Positions 37,626-51,669 of a stretch of 64,000 nucleotides of DNA are shown one piece after another. A program made the translations under genes and the position numbers. The first letter of the stretch is position 1, and the number at the start of each line of letters is the position of its first letter. The notes beneath the pieces were generated by a model that saw only the letters and a program-made list of their open reading frames with translations, did no database searches and was not told where the DNA came from. Origin of the DNA: Octopus vulgaris (taxonomy: Eukaryota); assembly GCA_951406725.2 (NCBI GenBank), contig OX597815.1, positions 118,172,001-118,236,000 of the forward strand, in the 5' to 3' direction.

Positions 37626-40600
37626 TTGATTTCGATTACTAAATTTTAAAAAATCTGGTACTTATTCTCTTGGTCCCTAGTTGTGAAGCAGTGGTGAGGG
37701 GACAAACACAAAGACACACAGACATGTACACATATATGGAATAAGCTTCTTTCAGTTTCTCTCTACTAAATCCACTCACAAGGCTTTGATTGTTGCAGGG
37801 CTATAGTAGAGGACACTTGCCCAAGATGCCACACAGTGGGACTGAACCCCAGAATAATGTGGACGAGAAGCAAACTTCTTACCACCCAGCCATACCTGTG
37901 CTTATATATTTATATATGTGTGTGTCATCATCATCATCATTTAATGTCCTCCTTCCAAGCTGGCATGGGTTGGATGGTTTGACAGGAGCTGGCCAGACAG
38001 ATGACTGCACCATACTTCTGTATCTGTTTTGGCATGGTTTTTACGACTGGATGCTCTTCCTACCACCAACCACCCTGCCAAGTGGACTAAGTGTTATTTA
38101 TGTGGCACCAGCATGGATGAGATCAGTTTTGGCATGGTTTTTACAGCTTGATGCCTTTCCAAATGCCAACCACTTGATAGTATGGACTGGATGCTTTTTA
38201 AATGAGTGTGTGTGTATATACATACACACCATACATAAATATATGGTGTTGGTGGGATGAAGAGAAAAAGTGCTCTGTCCAGTGAGAAATAAATATCATT
38301 TAATATATACAGGATTTAAATGTAAGCTACAATAAATTTCATACCTCTTATAATACAGTGGTCAGACAAGCTTATATTATCAGAGGTATAAAACATATAG
38401 TAGCTCATATTTAAATCCTGTGCATGCTAAATGGTATGTGTGCATGCATATACATATAAAATTTCTCTGTCTGAATACCATAAATTTATCATAGCTGTTT
38501 CTTCACCTTCTGATCTATTCTTTTTCTTTCTTTCATTTTCATCTCAGTGTTGATCGCTGACTACAATCTTCTTGTGAGATTAGTTCTACTTCTATTTTAC
38601 TCTTATTCTATTTATTTTTATTGTAGTAGTAGTAGTACTACACCTGACAGAGTCCCAGTTCACACACACACACACACACGTATGTGTGTGTATATAAATC
38701 ATCATATATAATCACCATCCTTTAATGTCTGTTTTGCATGCTGGCATGGGTTGCACAGTTTGACCAGAGCTGGCAAGCTGGGGCACCAGGTTCCACTCTC
38801 ATCTGGCTTGGTCTTTACTGATGGATACTCTTCCTAATGCCAACCATTTTACAGTGTGTACTGGGTGCTTTAAACATGACACCTGCATGAGCACTTTTAC
38901 ATGGAACTGACAAGTGCTTTTCATGTGGTATCAGACCTGTGAGTCAATCCTCTTCACCAGAGGGACTGGCCTTAACGCTTCTGCTGTGGAGGACGGGTCT
39001 CCTTGAGTACAAGGCACCAGGTATCTTGGTTTTGTCACCACATCTGAAAGGTTCAATATCCTGAGGCTGTCACACACACACACACACACTTGTATACATA
39101 ATGTATATATGTATGTAAAACTGACTTCCAAATACATTTCACTCATTGGGAATTCATTAACATAAAGGCTATTGTGGAAGAGACTTGCCTAAGGTATCGC
39201 ACAATGGATTTAACCTGCACTATGTTAACAAAAGCAAGCTTCTTAATGCAACTGTGTTTACACTGACCTAAATAAGAACCAATTATCGTAATCATCATTA
39301 TTAAGGTGGCAAAGCTGACAGGCTTGTTAGCAAGTCAGACAAAATGCTTTGTGGCATTTCTTCCAGTTCTTTACATTCTGGGTTCAAATTCTGCCAAGGC
39401 CAACATTGTCTGTTATCCTTTCAGGATCAATTAAGATAAATACCACTTGAACACAGGGACAATATAATTCACATATTCCTCCAACATTTTTTTGCTGGCC
39501 TTGTGCTAAAATTAGAATTATTTTATTATTGTAGTAAACTGGCAGATTCATTAAAGCATTGGAATGAGATGCCTTACCATATTGCTTCTGGCCCTTTATG
39601 TTCTGAGTTCAAATCCTGCCAAGGCCAACTTTCATTCTTTTAGTGCCAATAAAATGAAGTACCAATATAACACTGGGGTCCATGTTTATCAAGTAACCCT
39701 TCTCCTCAAAATTGCTGGCCTACTATGTAAATTAGCACAAGTGACATGCTAGAGGGCTGTTTGAAAAATGTCTTGCTGTATTTATTCCCATTCTTTATAT
39801 TCTGAGTTCAAATCCCAAGGTCTTCTCTGCCTTTTATCTTTCTGGAGTTGATAGAATAAAGTACCAGTCATTTACTGCAGTTGATAGTATTAGCTAACCC
39901 CTCCCTTCTCTTCAAAACTGTTGGCCTTGTGCCTAAATTAGAAACAATTATAATAATTCGTTTTATTTATTTGTTTGTAACTGATTAATTAGAAGAGCAT
40001 GATCTATGCCCGTGATCTTTGCATGTTATTGCATTCTAGTGAGTTTGTGGCTGAAGATTCCATTGAATATTCTTCAAGTTAATGTTGGCATGGACATATA
40101 TGACAAGAGAGAGAATTCCAAAGGTTTATGTTGTGAGGGCGGAAGAAGTAAGCAGACAGGATTGGTATGACACAGTAAGAAATATTGGTTTCAGATTTTA
40201 GCACAAGGCTAGCAATTTCAAGGGAGGAGGTTAGGCAATTGCATCAACCCCAGTGTTCAACTGGTACTTTACCTTTTATCCCCAAAAGGATGGAAAATCA
40301 AAGTTGATCTCAGTGGAATTTGAGCTCAGAACATGAAGACAGATGAAATGCTACTAAGCATTTTGTCTGGTGTGCTAACGATTCTGCCAGCTTGCAGCTT
40401 TCACAGTAAGAAATATTAAAAGATGAGAGGCAGGATTTGGAAGGTGTATGAGCTGCAATTGTAGCAATAAAAGAAAAATATGCATGTTTGTGAGTTGGTA
40501 GTTGTAGTGTAGTATGTTGCTGAGTATGTCTTTGGTACTCTGGCAAAATTGGCCCAAACTACATTTGAACGTAGATTGCAGAGAGACAAAACTAAATGCT

Positions 40601-41584
40601 CAAAGACATTTTCTTCTTCACAGTTCTCTTTTAAAATCAGTACAAGTTTTTTTTTTAAGTTACATCACTGTCATCATCAGTTTTTCAAAGTCCACTTTTC
40701 TATACTCACAAGAGTCAGACAGATTTTCAACAACTGGATACCTTTCTTGTCACCAATCTTTTCCTGTTTCCAAGCAAAGGTGAAAAAAACTGTTGTGCTG
40801 ATACAAGATTTATGAAGACTGTTTGCTAACTTGGTAAACAAGCCAATTCAGTGTAAGTTTATGTACATAGTACCAAAAACCTGAAATAGTTAATGCACAT
40901 AGTACTACAGACCTGGAATAGTTTTGTAAAGGCCTTAATAATATTGAATGTGTGCTACTTGATAAGTATCATATTGAAATTGCTTTTATTTTCAAAATCT
41001 CTTTGTGTCTTAGTAATGTTGTTTATCAACTTGTGTCCTTGCAATTGTTGTTGCCACTTTTTGCTTGAGTACAGTCTCTGGGTATACAGAAAGACCCTAT
41101 ATTTGTTTGGGCACAATGTCTGGTTATATAAAAAAAAAATCTGTTTTATAGCTACTGTCTCTGGGTATACAAGAAAAACCTATATTTCTTAGGGTACAAT
41201 GTCTTGATACATAGATAGAACCTGTATGTAATTGTTCATCCTTTGTGACATAGCAGCCAAATCTCCCTCAAATTCTACCCTGTTACTTTGAAAAAATAAA
41301 GTACATATTAGGTAATCTAGTCCTTGATACCCATAAAAAGACAGATGGTTATGGCTAGAATATTCTAGATCAGTCCATAGATCTGTTTAATTTCTGTCTG
41401 AATAACAACTTTAGTTCTTATGTGAGGAACTTGAGAGAGCAGAGAGAAATTTTAGATTTCAGAGCAAGGTTATTAGATGTTCTTGAATGCAAGCTTCTTC
41501 TTGGAGGGTTTGGTTCCATCTCTTTTACAATGCAATTTTGTTCATTATATCATTTTTATAAAAAAAAAAATGAAAATATCACAT

Positions 41585-41959
41585 AGGTGTAGGAGTGGCT
41601 GTGTGGTAAGTAGTTTGCTTACGAACCACATGGTTCAGTCCCACTGCATGGCACTTTGGGCAAGTGTCCTCTACTGTAGCCTCGGGCCGACCAAAGACTT
41701 GTGAGTGGATTTGGTAGACAGAAACTGAAAGAAGCCCGTCGTATATATGTATATATATATATATATGTTTGTCCCCACCCCCAACATCACTTGACAACCG
41801 ATGCTGGCGTGTTTACGTCCCCGTAACTTAATGGTTCGGCAAAAGAGTCCGATAAAATAAGTACTAGGCTTACAAAGGATAAGTCCTGGGGTCGATTTGC
41901 TCAACTAAAGGCGATGCTCCAGCATGGCCACAGTCACATGACTGAAACAAGTAAAAGAG
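41585..41959 (+). mobile_element. SINE family A
   Basis: Full-length copy. Confidence 0.9.
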
Positions 41960-42670
41960 ATAGATGATATAATATTTAATTTTTTATCTGTTTCTGTGAT
42001 TTCTTTACTCATGCAACCTGTCTTCAGTTATTGCATTTTATAACTTTGAGAAACTTTCTTTTACATTTTTTACATCTAATTTTATAGCTATAAAAAATGG
42101 CAATAAGCTAATAATGTCATTATAATGTTGGACAAAATGTTTAGCAGCATGTGTTCCATCTCGTTGCATTCTGAGTCAAATCTGACCAAAGTCTACTTTC
42201 AGCATCAGTAAAATGAAGTACTAGTCAAGTATTGGGAGTCAGTGTAATCCACTTACCCCTCCCCTCAAAATTTGCTGGGCATGTAGCAAAATTAACGAAG
42301 ATGTAAAGTATCCCACTCATACATGCTTGTATGAATAGGGTTCTTTGTGTTGGAAGAATTTTTCTTACATGTGAATTCCCTATTTTATCAATAAACAACA
42401 CTACAACCATTTTGTAAATTTTATTTTATTTTTTATTTAATTTAATCTATATCTAAATCCTATTATTTTATTGAAGTCATATTTTATTTAAGTCAGAAAT
42501 TCCATCCACTAACTTAATAATAACAGTCATTTTCTTAAATTCTTCATTATTTTCAAAATTAAGATACATGTAATGTATTTCAACAGAAATATGATAAATT
42601 TTGATATATTGTAAAAATGTACTACCTTGAAAGAAGCCACCTTCATTCTATTCCCATTGAAGAATACATA

Positions 42671-43963
42671 CGAGATGGTGCAGGAGTGGCTGTGTGGTAA
42701 GTAACTTGCTTACGAACCACATGGTTCCGGGTTCAGTCCTACTGTGTGGCACCTTGGGCAAGTGTCTTCTATAGCCTCGGGCTGATCAAAACCTTGTGAG
42801 TGGATTTGGTAGACGGAAACTGAAAGAAGCCTGTTGTGTGTGTGTGTATATATATATATGTGTGTGTGTGTGTGTATATGTATTTATATATAATGTGTGT
42901 GTGTGTCCAAACTCAACATCACTTGACAACTGATGCTGGTGTGTTTACATCCCCGAAAATTAGCAGTTCAGCAAAAGAAACCGATAGAATAAGTACTAGG
43001 CTTACAAAGAATAAGTCCTGGGGTTGATTTGTTCGAATAAAGGCGGTGCTCCAGCATGACCACAGTCAAAATGACTGAAACAAGTAAAAGAATAAAAGAA
43101 ATGGTATCAAAAAGTTCCTGGACTAGTTTGGTAGCATGCCAGTAGATGGCAACACACAGTTGTATGTGCAGTGAAAGCTAGCAGTGACCTTCATGAGGCA
43201 ATGTGCCAAGTGACATCTCTGTGTTTACTTTGCAAGTTGTGAAATTTGTGTTTTTGTGATTACATATATGTGATTTTTGTCATGGACAGGAACAAAGAGC
43301 CAATGTAAAATTTTGTGTTGAACTTGGGAAGCCTGCTGTAGAGACATTGAGCATGCTTCAGCAAGCTTATGGCAACAAGGCAATTGATTGTATGCAATGT
43401 TTCAAGTGGCACAGGCACTTCAAAAGTGGAAGAATGTACCCTGGAAGAAGATGAGCAATCTGGAAAACCTGCCATAAGCATCACCCTGGAAATGTGGTAT
43501 CGTGCTTCAAGAATTTGTCCCCCTGGACCAGACTGTCAATCGAGGAGAGTGGACATTCGGCAATAGCGACCGGATCTGTGGAGCATGAAGAATTGGCTTC
43601 TTCATAATGACAGTCCACCCTGTCACTGGCTCTCCTCCCCCATGATTTTCTCCTCAAAAACAACATGGCATCACTTCTACACTCACTCTATTCACTAGAT
43701 TTAGCACCTGCAGACTTCCCTCTCTCTCCCCCAAGACAAAAATGTGGCTAAATGGTCACTATTTTAATGCCGTTGTCAAGATCCAGAGTGAATCACAGAA
43801 GGTCCTTTATTCAATTACTGAAAATAACTTCAAGGTCAGATTCCAAAAGTGGCTGGAATGCTGGGACCAGTGTATTGCTGTGCAAAGTGACCGTTTAAAC
43901 TTAGATAAATAAGTTACTTTTTATTAAATATAGCTAGTCCTGAAACTTTTTGATACCGCCTCA
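42671..43963 (+). mobile_element. Internally deleted mariner element with a SINE inserted in its left TIR
   Basis: TA-flanked TIRs (cgagatggt[SINE]atggtatcaaaaagttcctggactag / ctagtcctgaaactttttgataccgcctca); EQRANVKFCVELGK..ETLSMLQQAYG, LHNDSPPCH, HSLYSLDLAPADF. Confidence 0.85.
42677..43099 (+). mobile_element. SINE family A (inside mariner TIR)
   Basis: Full-length copy. Confidence 0.9.
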
Positions 43964-44021
43964 TAGGATATGTGTATATTATGCATATGCAAGATGACTT
44001 CATTTTATTTTTCATTTAAAT

Positions 44022-44654
44022 CAGTGGTTCACAGTTGGGGGTCTATATAAGATTTTGCTGTTAAAAATCTATGTGTAATAAATTGATTATACTTCTACAA
44101 TAGGTGCAAGAGTGGTTATGGTAAGTAGCTTGCTTCCCAGTCACATGGTTCCAGGTTCAGTCTCACTGTGTGCCACCTTGGGCAAGTGTCTTCTATTATA
44201 GTCTCAGGGTGACCAAAACCTTGTGAGTGGATTTGGTAGACGGAAACTGAAAGAAGCCTATCATGTGTGTGTGTATATATATATATATGTATGTATGTGT
44301 GTGTGTACGTTTTTGTGCCTGTGTTTGTTCCCCCACCATCGCCTGACAACCGATGCAAGTGTGTTTATGTCCCCATAACTTAGCAGTTCAGTGAAAGAGC
44401 CTGATTTAAATAAGTACTAGGCTTACAAAGAATAAGTCCTGGGGTTGATTTGCTCAACTAAAGGCAGTGCTCCAGCAAGGCCACAGTCAAATGACTGAAA
44501 CAAATAAAGGTATAAAAGAATACACAATTCCTATTAATATTTAATTATAAAAATATAATAGGATTTTTTAAAACATTAAATGGCTATGGGGGTCCAGTAG
44601 AGAAAAAATATGAACCAAAGGGATCCATAAGCAAAAAATGGTTGAGAATCACTG
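44022..44654. mobile_element. hAT-type MITE carrying a SINE insertion
   Basis: CAGTGGTTC...GAGAATCACTG ends, imperfect 8-bp TSD ATTTAAAT/ATTTAAGG; related inverted fragment at about 28760-29060. Confidence 0.6.
44103..44520 (+). mobile_element. SINE family A (inside hAT MITE)
   Basis: Full-length copy. Confidence 0.88.
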
Positions 44655-45473
44655 ATTTAAGGGCTAAAGGGATTTCTGAATAATGCTATAAAACACACAT
44701 ACATATATGTGTATACACACACACATATACACATTTGTGTGTGTATACTTACATTTAAATTCTTTTTTATTGTTTGTGATTGGTAATCAATTGTGTAAAT
44801 CATTCTTGTTATGATTTATGCAACAGTTATGTTTCATGTATTTTTCATGTCCAGACCAGTTCAGTCTTTTCTCTTTCGCACTTCATAGCCAATTATTTAT
44901 TGATTTGGTTTTGTTGGGGAACAAATTGATACTAGTGTTTGATATGTATTTATTTTATTGATACAGTAAAGATTAAGGGCAAAGTTAATCATGACAAGAT
45001 TTTAACTCAGAATATGATTTTTACCATCCATCATTCTTATCATCCTGTTTTCTCTCTTAATAAATAATGTCTTGTCCTGAGCAAGGATCATCATCATAAT
45101 CCTTGTCATCATCATTTTGTGCAAACTTTTCCAGTATCTCACCAATTGTTGATCCTTTATTATTTCCTTTCTAGTGTTCGGCCACTTCTACTCATGTCTT
45201 CCTCATTCTTCTTCTGTTGGTTTGTTTTTATGTGCACTGCTTGGAACTCTTTTTATCCAACCCACCCTTTATCTTCCATACATAGCACATATCTGTATCA
45301 GCTCAGTCATCTTTCTTTCATACTGTTTCTTATTCATTACGTACCTAGTTTTTCTCTAACCTCCCTGCTTGTGCTCTGTCATTCAAGTACATTAATGTTA
45401 TTCATTCAATGTAGCTTGCTTATTTTATTTCTTTCCAAATTTTGCACATCCTTCACATTAAATGTCCTCATTT

Positions 45474-45633
45474 GAGTGGCTGTGTGGTAAGTAGCTTGTT
45501 TACCAACCACATGGTTCCGGGTTCATTCCCACTGCATGGCACCTCAGGCAAGTGGCTTCTACTACAGCCTCGAGCCGACCAAAGCCTTGTGAGTGGATTT
45601 GGTAGACAGAATCTGAAAGAAGCACGTCATATA

Positions 45634-45684
<51 letters not shown>

Positions 45685-45895
45685 GTGTGTGTGTTCGTGT
45701 GTCTGTATTTGTCCCCCCAACATTGCTTGACAACTGATGGGAGTGTGTTTACATCCCCATAACTTAGCAGTTTGGCAAAAGAGACTGATAGAATAAGTAC
45801 TAGGCTTACAAAGAATAAATCCTGGGGTCAATTTGCTCGACTAAAGGCGGTGCTCCAGCATGGCCACAGTCAAATGACTGAAACAAGTAAAAGAA
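45474..45895 (+). mobile_element. SINE family A
   Basis: Near full-length copy. Confidence 0.9.
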
Positions 45896-46229
45896 AAAAA
45901 TATCACTATCATGTAACATCACAAGCAACACACAATCTGTCCTCTCATCCAAGAGAATATCCATCTGTTGCTAGTAGAAGTAATATCTCTCCCAATTACT
46001 TTCACTCACTTTGTACCCTGGCTACTATGCTTTTGCAATACCCAAACCCTTAATTTAGTTACCTAGGTAATGGAGATATCAATTACTAGAGAGCATTCAG
46101 AACATTTGAAAGACTTCATTTTACAAGTGGTCTTCAGTGTTAACTACTCCTGTGCATCTGCTGCATATTAATTCCGTCTTGTGACACAGATGCATCTCCA
46201 ATGTAACCATAGTTTACGTTGGGTACACA

Positions 46230-46630
46230 TTATAGATTTCCTTTTTATTTCTTTAATGCATATGAGCTTGACCACTTGCCAAATGGCAGTGGAGTCCTGT
46301 CTTCTTTTCCACCAACTTTTATCATTGTTTGGTTTACTTTAAGATACTTTGGGTCAAAGTTTTGCTTCAACACTTGAAATTTCTTCTCCAACTCATTGAC
46401 AGATTAGCCATGCAAATTAGCTCATCGGCATACAGAAGTTTTCTCAGTCACCTAATCTTAAACTCCACTGTTATGACCTGGAGAGCTGTAATAAACAGAA
46501 GCTGAGAACTGAGTCCTGGTGGACACTTGCACTCTAAATTCTTTACTGAATTTATTACTAGCTGCCAACTCATTAACACATTATATGGCTTTCACAATCC
46601 ACCCATTTATGCCTAATTTTCTTAATAGCT
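46230..46630 (-). mobile_element. LINE reverse transcriptase fragment (RTE-like)
   Basis: Minus strand encodes LLYADELI, a YADD-like motif, near 46415-46440; degenerate. Confidence 0.6.
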
Positions 46631-47759
46631 ATGAGACTGTAGAATGTGGTATCAATGAAAAATATTCTCTAGGTAGGGCACACTTCAGTCTCTGGCCCCA
46701 CAGGTGTGCTGTCTCCTCTCTCTATCTTTTCTGTTGTTATTATAATGGCCTCTTCCTCAGAGTTGGCTGGTCTTATACTTTTGCCACTCATGCGCACATG
46801 ATCCACTTACCTCTGTAACTCTCATCACCCTTATGTTCAACTCCCTTTTCCTCCATATGGCCCTCTGGAATCTCCTCTTTGTTTATGACTTTCCAGCAGG
46901 TGTTAACCAGTGACAGTTTAAATGGAACATTAGCATCAAACTCACCAGTGTGGTGGGTATGCAAGAGTCAGGGATCCTGCCCCTTCCTCCAGACTCAGCA
47001 AGTAAAAGAAAAGGCAGTGTCTTGTGCTTTGCTCAAAACTTCTCTTGTAAAGTCTCACTAGAAAGAGAACATCAAAAGTACCCCATTCTATCAATAATTC
47101 AAACTGCTTCTCACCTGTAAATATAAAACAAAGGATGTGTGTAATACATATTCATTTCTACAGTTTTCAACCAATTTTTACCAAACTTTACACACACATT
47201 ACTTATGTGCCAGGGAGGGTCATGCACTATAAGATTTTGCCCAGAACTCCTGCATAAAGTGAAAAACTGGGAAAAACGGAGTTTTACATGGATTTTTCTT
47301 TAAAAACTTCTGCAGTTTTCAACTGATTCTCTTCCTTTTCTCTCTCTGTTTATTTATCTCTTCTCCCTCTCTTTTTCTCATTCTCTGTTTCTCTTTCTTA
47401 CACATATTCTCTCTCATCCTCTGTAATAGTTCCTCTCTTTTAGTCTATGTCTGTTTCTTTCACTCTTTCTCTCTTTAACTCGCACACTAACTTCTGTCAA
47501 CAAATTGGCTTCTGTGTATTTCAATTAGTCGTGTGTAAAAATCTCTGTTATGGTTTTTGTACATTCTCCCTGAAAAAAATTCAGTTATTTTTCATTTTTG
47601 TTCACCCTGTGTGTTTAGATTCTGTTTTGCCACATCTGCCTAAAAATGCGTGGCAGATGTGCAAGAATAACAGCCACATAGGACACATGGGAATTAGACT
47701 CTCAAATGCCCTGGAGGCTCTCTTAAAATTATAGATAGTTTCTGTTACCTTGGTGACCA

Positions 47760-48280
47760 AATTAGCAATGGTAGATATTCTGAAAGTATTGTTGCTAAAT
47801 AAGAATAGGGTGGAGGAACTTTGGAGAGCTATTACCACTGTTGACAACAAAAAGACTCTCTCAGAGTGAAGGGTAAATTGTATGATGCTTGTGTATAAAC
47901 AGCTATACGCCATGGTAGTGAGACATGGGGTCTGACTGCATAAGATATGTGTAGATTAGAGAGAAATGAAGTGAGTATGCATTGCTGGATGTGCAACATC
48001 AGTGTGGATGTACAAGAAAGTGCAAATGTACTGAGAGAAAGGTAGGGCATAAGAGGAATCAGATGCTGCATGTAAGAAACTATGTTGGTTTGAACATGTG
48101 ATGCGCATGGATGTAGATAGCCATATAAAGAAGTGCTGATCAAGTGGATGACACCTGTGGAAGAGGAAGAGATGTGATGAAGTGGTGAGGACAATGGACC
48201 GAGATGTCTGGCGATATATTGCTCTTGAGAAGACCTGTCCACTTCAGTGAAACTGAGTTCTGGGAGTGCTGTGTGTTTCA
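47760..48280 (+). mobile_element. RTE-like LINE 3' coding fragment
   Basis: Degenerate ELLPLLTTK..SLRVKGKLYDACV..AIRHGSETWGL; similar to the 59540-59770 region. Confidence 0.65.
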
Positions 48281-48317
48281 CCCACGTGTAAATATCTAAG
48301 AAAAAAAAAAATTCAAA

Positions 48318-49068
48318 GGTGGTTGTGTAGTAAGTAGCTTGCTTATCAACCACATGGTTCTTGGTTCAGTTCCACTGCATGGCACTTAGGGCTAATGTCT
48401 TCTATTATTTTCTCGTGCCAAGCAAAGCTTTGTGAATGGATTTAGTAGACAGAATCTGAAAGAAGCCCATCGTATACATACATATATATAATTCAAATAA
48501 GCAGAAAATGGAGAAAACTTTTGATCTACAAACAAACAAATTGACCAATATCGGTTGATTATTTTTTAATACAAAACATGACATGTTTTCTATTTAAGAA
48601 TAATCAACCGATGTTGGTCAATTTGTTTGTTTGATCAAAAGTTTTCTCCCTTCTCTGCTTATTTAAATTTGATTCATGATAAACTTTTGTTTATTCTGTT
48701 GTTACCTGTACCCTATAAGCATAGTGTGCATGTATATCCATGCCCAGGGATGGCATAGGTAAATGATACTAATATTAAGAATGGATACTGTTATCCCTTA
48801 GATGATTATTCCAACCACTAACTCTGCTTAACTTTGTGTGTGTATATATATATGCGGGAGGTGGGTGCGTGCATGTGTGTATATGTTTGTGTATCTGCGT
48901 GCATGTGTGTATATGTTTGTGTATCGCTTGACAACTGATGTTGGTGTGTTTACGCCCCATAACTTAGCACTTCAGCAAAAGAGACTGATAGAATAAGTCC
49001 TGTGATTGATTTGGTCGACTAAAGACAGTGCTCCAGCATGGCCACAGTTAAATGACTGAAACAAATAA
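48318..49068 (+). mobile_element. SINE family A interrupted in its (TA) tract by a fold-back element
   Basis: 5' half 48318-48480, 3' half about 48830-49068, palindromic insert in between. Confidence 0.8.
48489..48670. repeat. Near-perfect palindrome of about 180 bp
   Basis: Centre aaaacatg-a-catgtttt; arms aataagcaga..gagaaaacttttgatc..aacaaacaaattgaccaa / ttggtcaatttgtttgtttgatcaaaagttttctc..tctgcttatt. Confidence 0.9.
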
Positions 49069-50587
49069 ATGAATATACCCTCCCCCAACAAACCAAACTA
49101 CATTTCCTCTTCTCATCCTCACATTTCCTCATCATGCACTATGCTTATCTCTTGCTTCCCAATCTTGTCCTCACTGCCCTGCTCACTGTATCATTGCTCT
49201 CCTGCTGTACCCCACCTCTTCTATATGCCCACATTTCACCAGTCACTCCATTCCCTGTGTCCCCACACACACTTTTTGCATTCATGTGAAGTCCCTACTC
49301 CCTACTCATGCACCTTTGGCCATACTCTACCCTCCTATTTATATTGTGATCCCCATATCTTGAGGGTATGCCCTGGCACTTCTCCATTATCTCTCTCTCT
49401 CGCTCTCTTCCACTCTCTATCTCTCGCTCTCTTTCTCTCGCCCTCTTCCTCTCTCTCTCTCTCTCTCTTTCTCTATCTATCTATCTATCTCATTCGTGAT
49501 CACTCTCTTTCACTCTCTTGCTCTTGCTCTCTCCTTCTGACTGGGTAACTAATCAGAGGTAAGAGAGCAACACATCTATTTCTATCCTCATTCTGTCTGT
49601 GTCTGTCCGTCCATCCGTCCCTCTCTCTCTCTCCACCCTCTCTCTCCCCCCCTCTCTCTCCCCACCCTCCCCCTCTCTCTCTCTCTCTCTCTCTTTTGCT
49701 CTAATTCTCTAACTGGGTAACCCTGTATCTCCTCTACAGCAAGACATGTTTCTTTCCCTCTGTCACACATTAGCTTCTCATCACCTGGCACAAGGCCACC
49801 ACCAACACCATCTTGAAGAATTTTTGGCTTGAAAGTTATTTGGTGACCCATCAAGTCCACACTGTAAAGTGGTTGGTTTTTGGAAGGGCATCCAGTTGTA
49901 AAAACCATGCCAAAACAGGCCTCACCAGAGCTGATGCTGCAAAAAAAAAAAAGGACTCAGTTCACTCTATAAGGTGGATGGTGTTAGGAAGTACATTCAG
50001 CCGTAAAAACCCTGCCAAAGCAGACAGTGAACCCTGGTATAGTCTTCTGTCTGGCCAGTCCCTGTCAAACCGTCCGATCCATACCAGCATAGAAAACGGA
50101 TGTTAAATGATGATGATTATATGTATATATGTCTGTGTGTGTGTGTATCACCGTGATCACCGCGACCGACCAGGCTATCAGATGTTACTACACATCGCTG
50201 GTCACAATGCGCTTCGCAATGACGTCATCCCGCTGGCTAAGCGAGCAGGCCAACAGAAGAAAGAATGAGAGAAAGTTGTGGTGAAAGAGTACAGCAGGGA
50301 ACGCCACCACCCACCTGCCGGAGCCTCGTGGAGCTTTAAGTGTTTTCGCTCAATAAACACTCACAACGCCCGGTCTGGGAATCGAAATCACGATATATAC
50401 ACATATATATATACATACATACATACACACACACACATATGTATTTGATATTTTGGACTAATGGGTATCTGTCGATTAGTGTGTTGAGTAGAGCACTGGC
50501 AGAGTTTGGGCTACCTGGTGTCATCTGCTGCCAGGGTATGTTTCTGTTGGATCTATTTCATGCCCTCTGCAGTGTTATATATGTATA

Positions 50588-51493
50588 TCTTATATAATAA
50601 AACAAAGTTTGTGTGCATGCGTATGTTCCTTATGGATTCGAAAACTGAGTTGCCGATTTTGATGTATGAGGTATCAAAAGATTCAGTAATCTTACGGCTA
50701 CCAAATAAAGTATTTTTTTGCACAATTCTATTTTACTAAAAAAAATAACCTAGAAAAAGATGTCGGGTTGAACAATTTTGAAGTCTTTAGCGAAGGGAGG
50801 CAACTCCGTGTGTGTTTTGTGAGAAAATTCTTTTTCTCGGAATGTTTTGCACAATAATTTTTAAAGAAATCTGGACATCTTTCTTACTTCTAACCATTCA
50901 ACTTCAAATTACAATTCTTAATTGTTGAAAATCAAGTAGATTGTCATGTAAATATAGTGTTACCGTATAGAATGGAAGTTCAATACCAAGTATTGAACTC
51001 ATTATCTTGTTAGTAATCCATTATCTTAAGTTTGAAGCCATTAAGTCTTTTACTGGATTTAGTCTTTCAACTGTCGCTATGATGGGGTATCACCTACAAA
51101 AATTTAATTGATAATACTGACCACAGTACGTATTTCAATCTGGCATTCATTCTATGGATCTCTGCTTGATGAACTGCTAACTTTGAGACATAGTGGGAAA
51201 AAATACTTGATTTAACAACAAATGTAAACACACACACACACGAATTAGGTGCAAGAATAACTGTGGTTGAGAAGTTTGCTTACCCAAAAAACATGGTTCC
51301 ACGTTCAGTCCCTCGGCATGGAAACTTGGGCGGAAACTGCAGTGTTGTTCATCATGAAACAACTGGAAAACATGTTTATAAAGAAGAGTTGTTTGCTTCA
51401 TGCTCCTTGTGTGCCGTTTCTGCCCATAAGAAAGGAATAATACAATGTGGTTGTAGGTCATAACACCCGGGCAACGCCGGGGTGCATTGCTAG
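50588..51493 (+). mobile_element. Non-autonomous Helitron
   Basis: A|TCTTATATAATAAAA 5' end; subterminal hairpin CCCGGGCAACGCCGGG; CTAG|T 3' end; no TSD. Confidence 0.8.
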
Positions 51494-51631
51494 TGTATGC
51501 ATATATATATATATATATATATATACATCAGAGTAAGCACATAAATGCGAAACAAGGTGGAAAAAATAATACTCAAATACCAGAGATAGAGTAATATGCT
51601 TAATTAAAAAGCAGCGAAAGTATAACAAAAG

Positions 51632-51669
51632 CTGTTACTCAGAGTTTCACGTTCACGTTCGTCGAACAG
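51632..51669 (-). ncRNA. Type I hammerhead-like motif with altered positions 3 and 4
   Basis: Minus strand reads CUGU UCGACGA ACG UGAA CGU GAAA CUC U GAG UA ACAG. Confidence 0.55.

Noticed and set aside
40550-40900. Possible decayed reverse transcriptase fragment on the minus strand
   Set aside because: No motif clear enough to call by eye.
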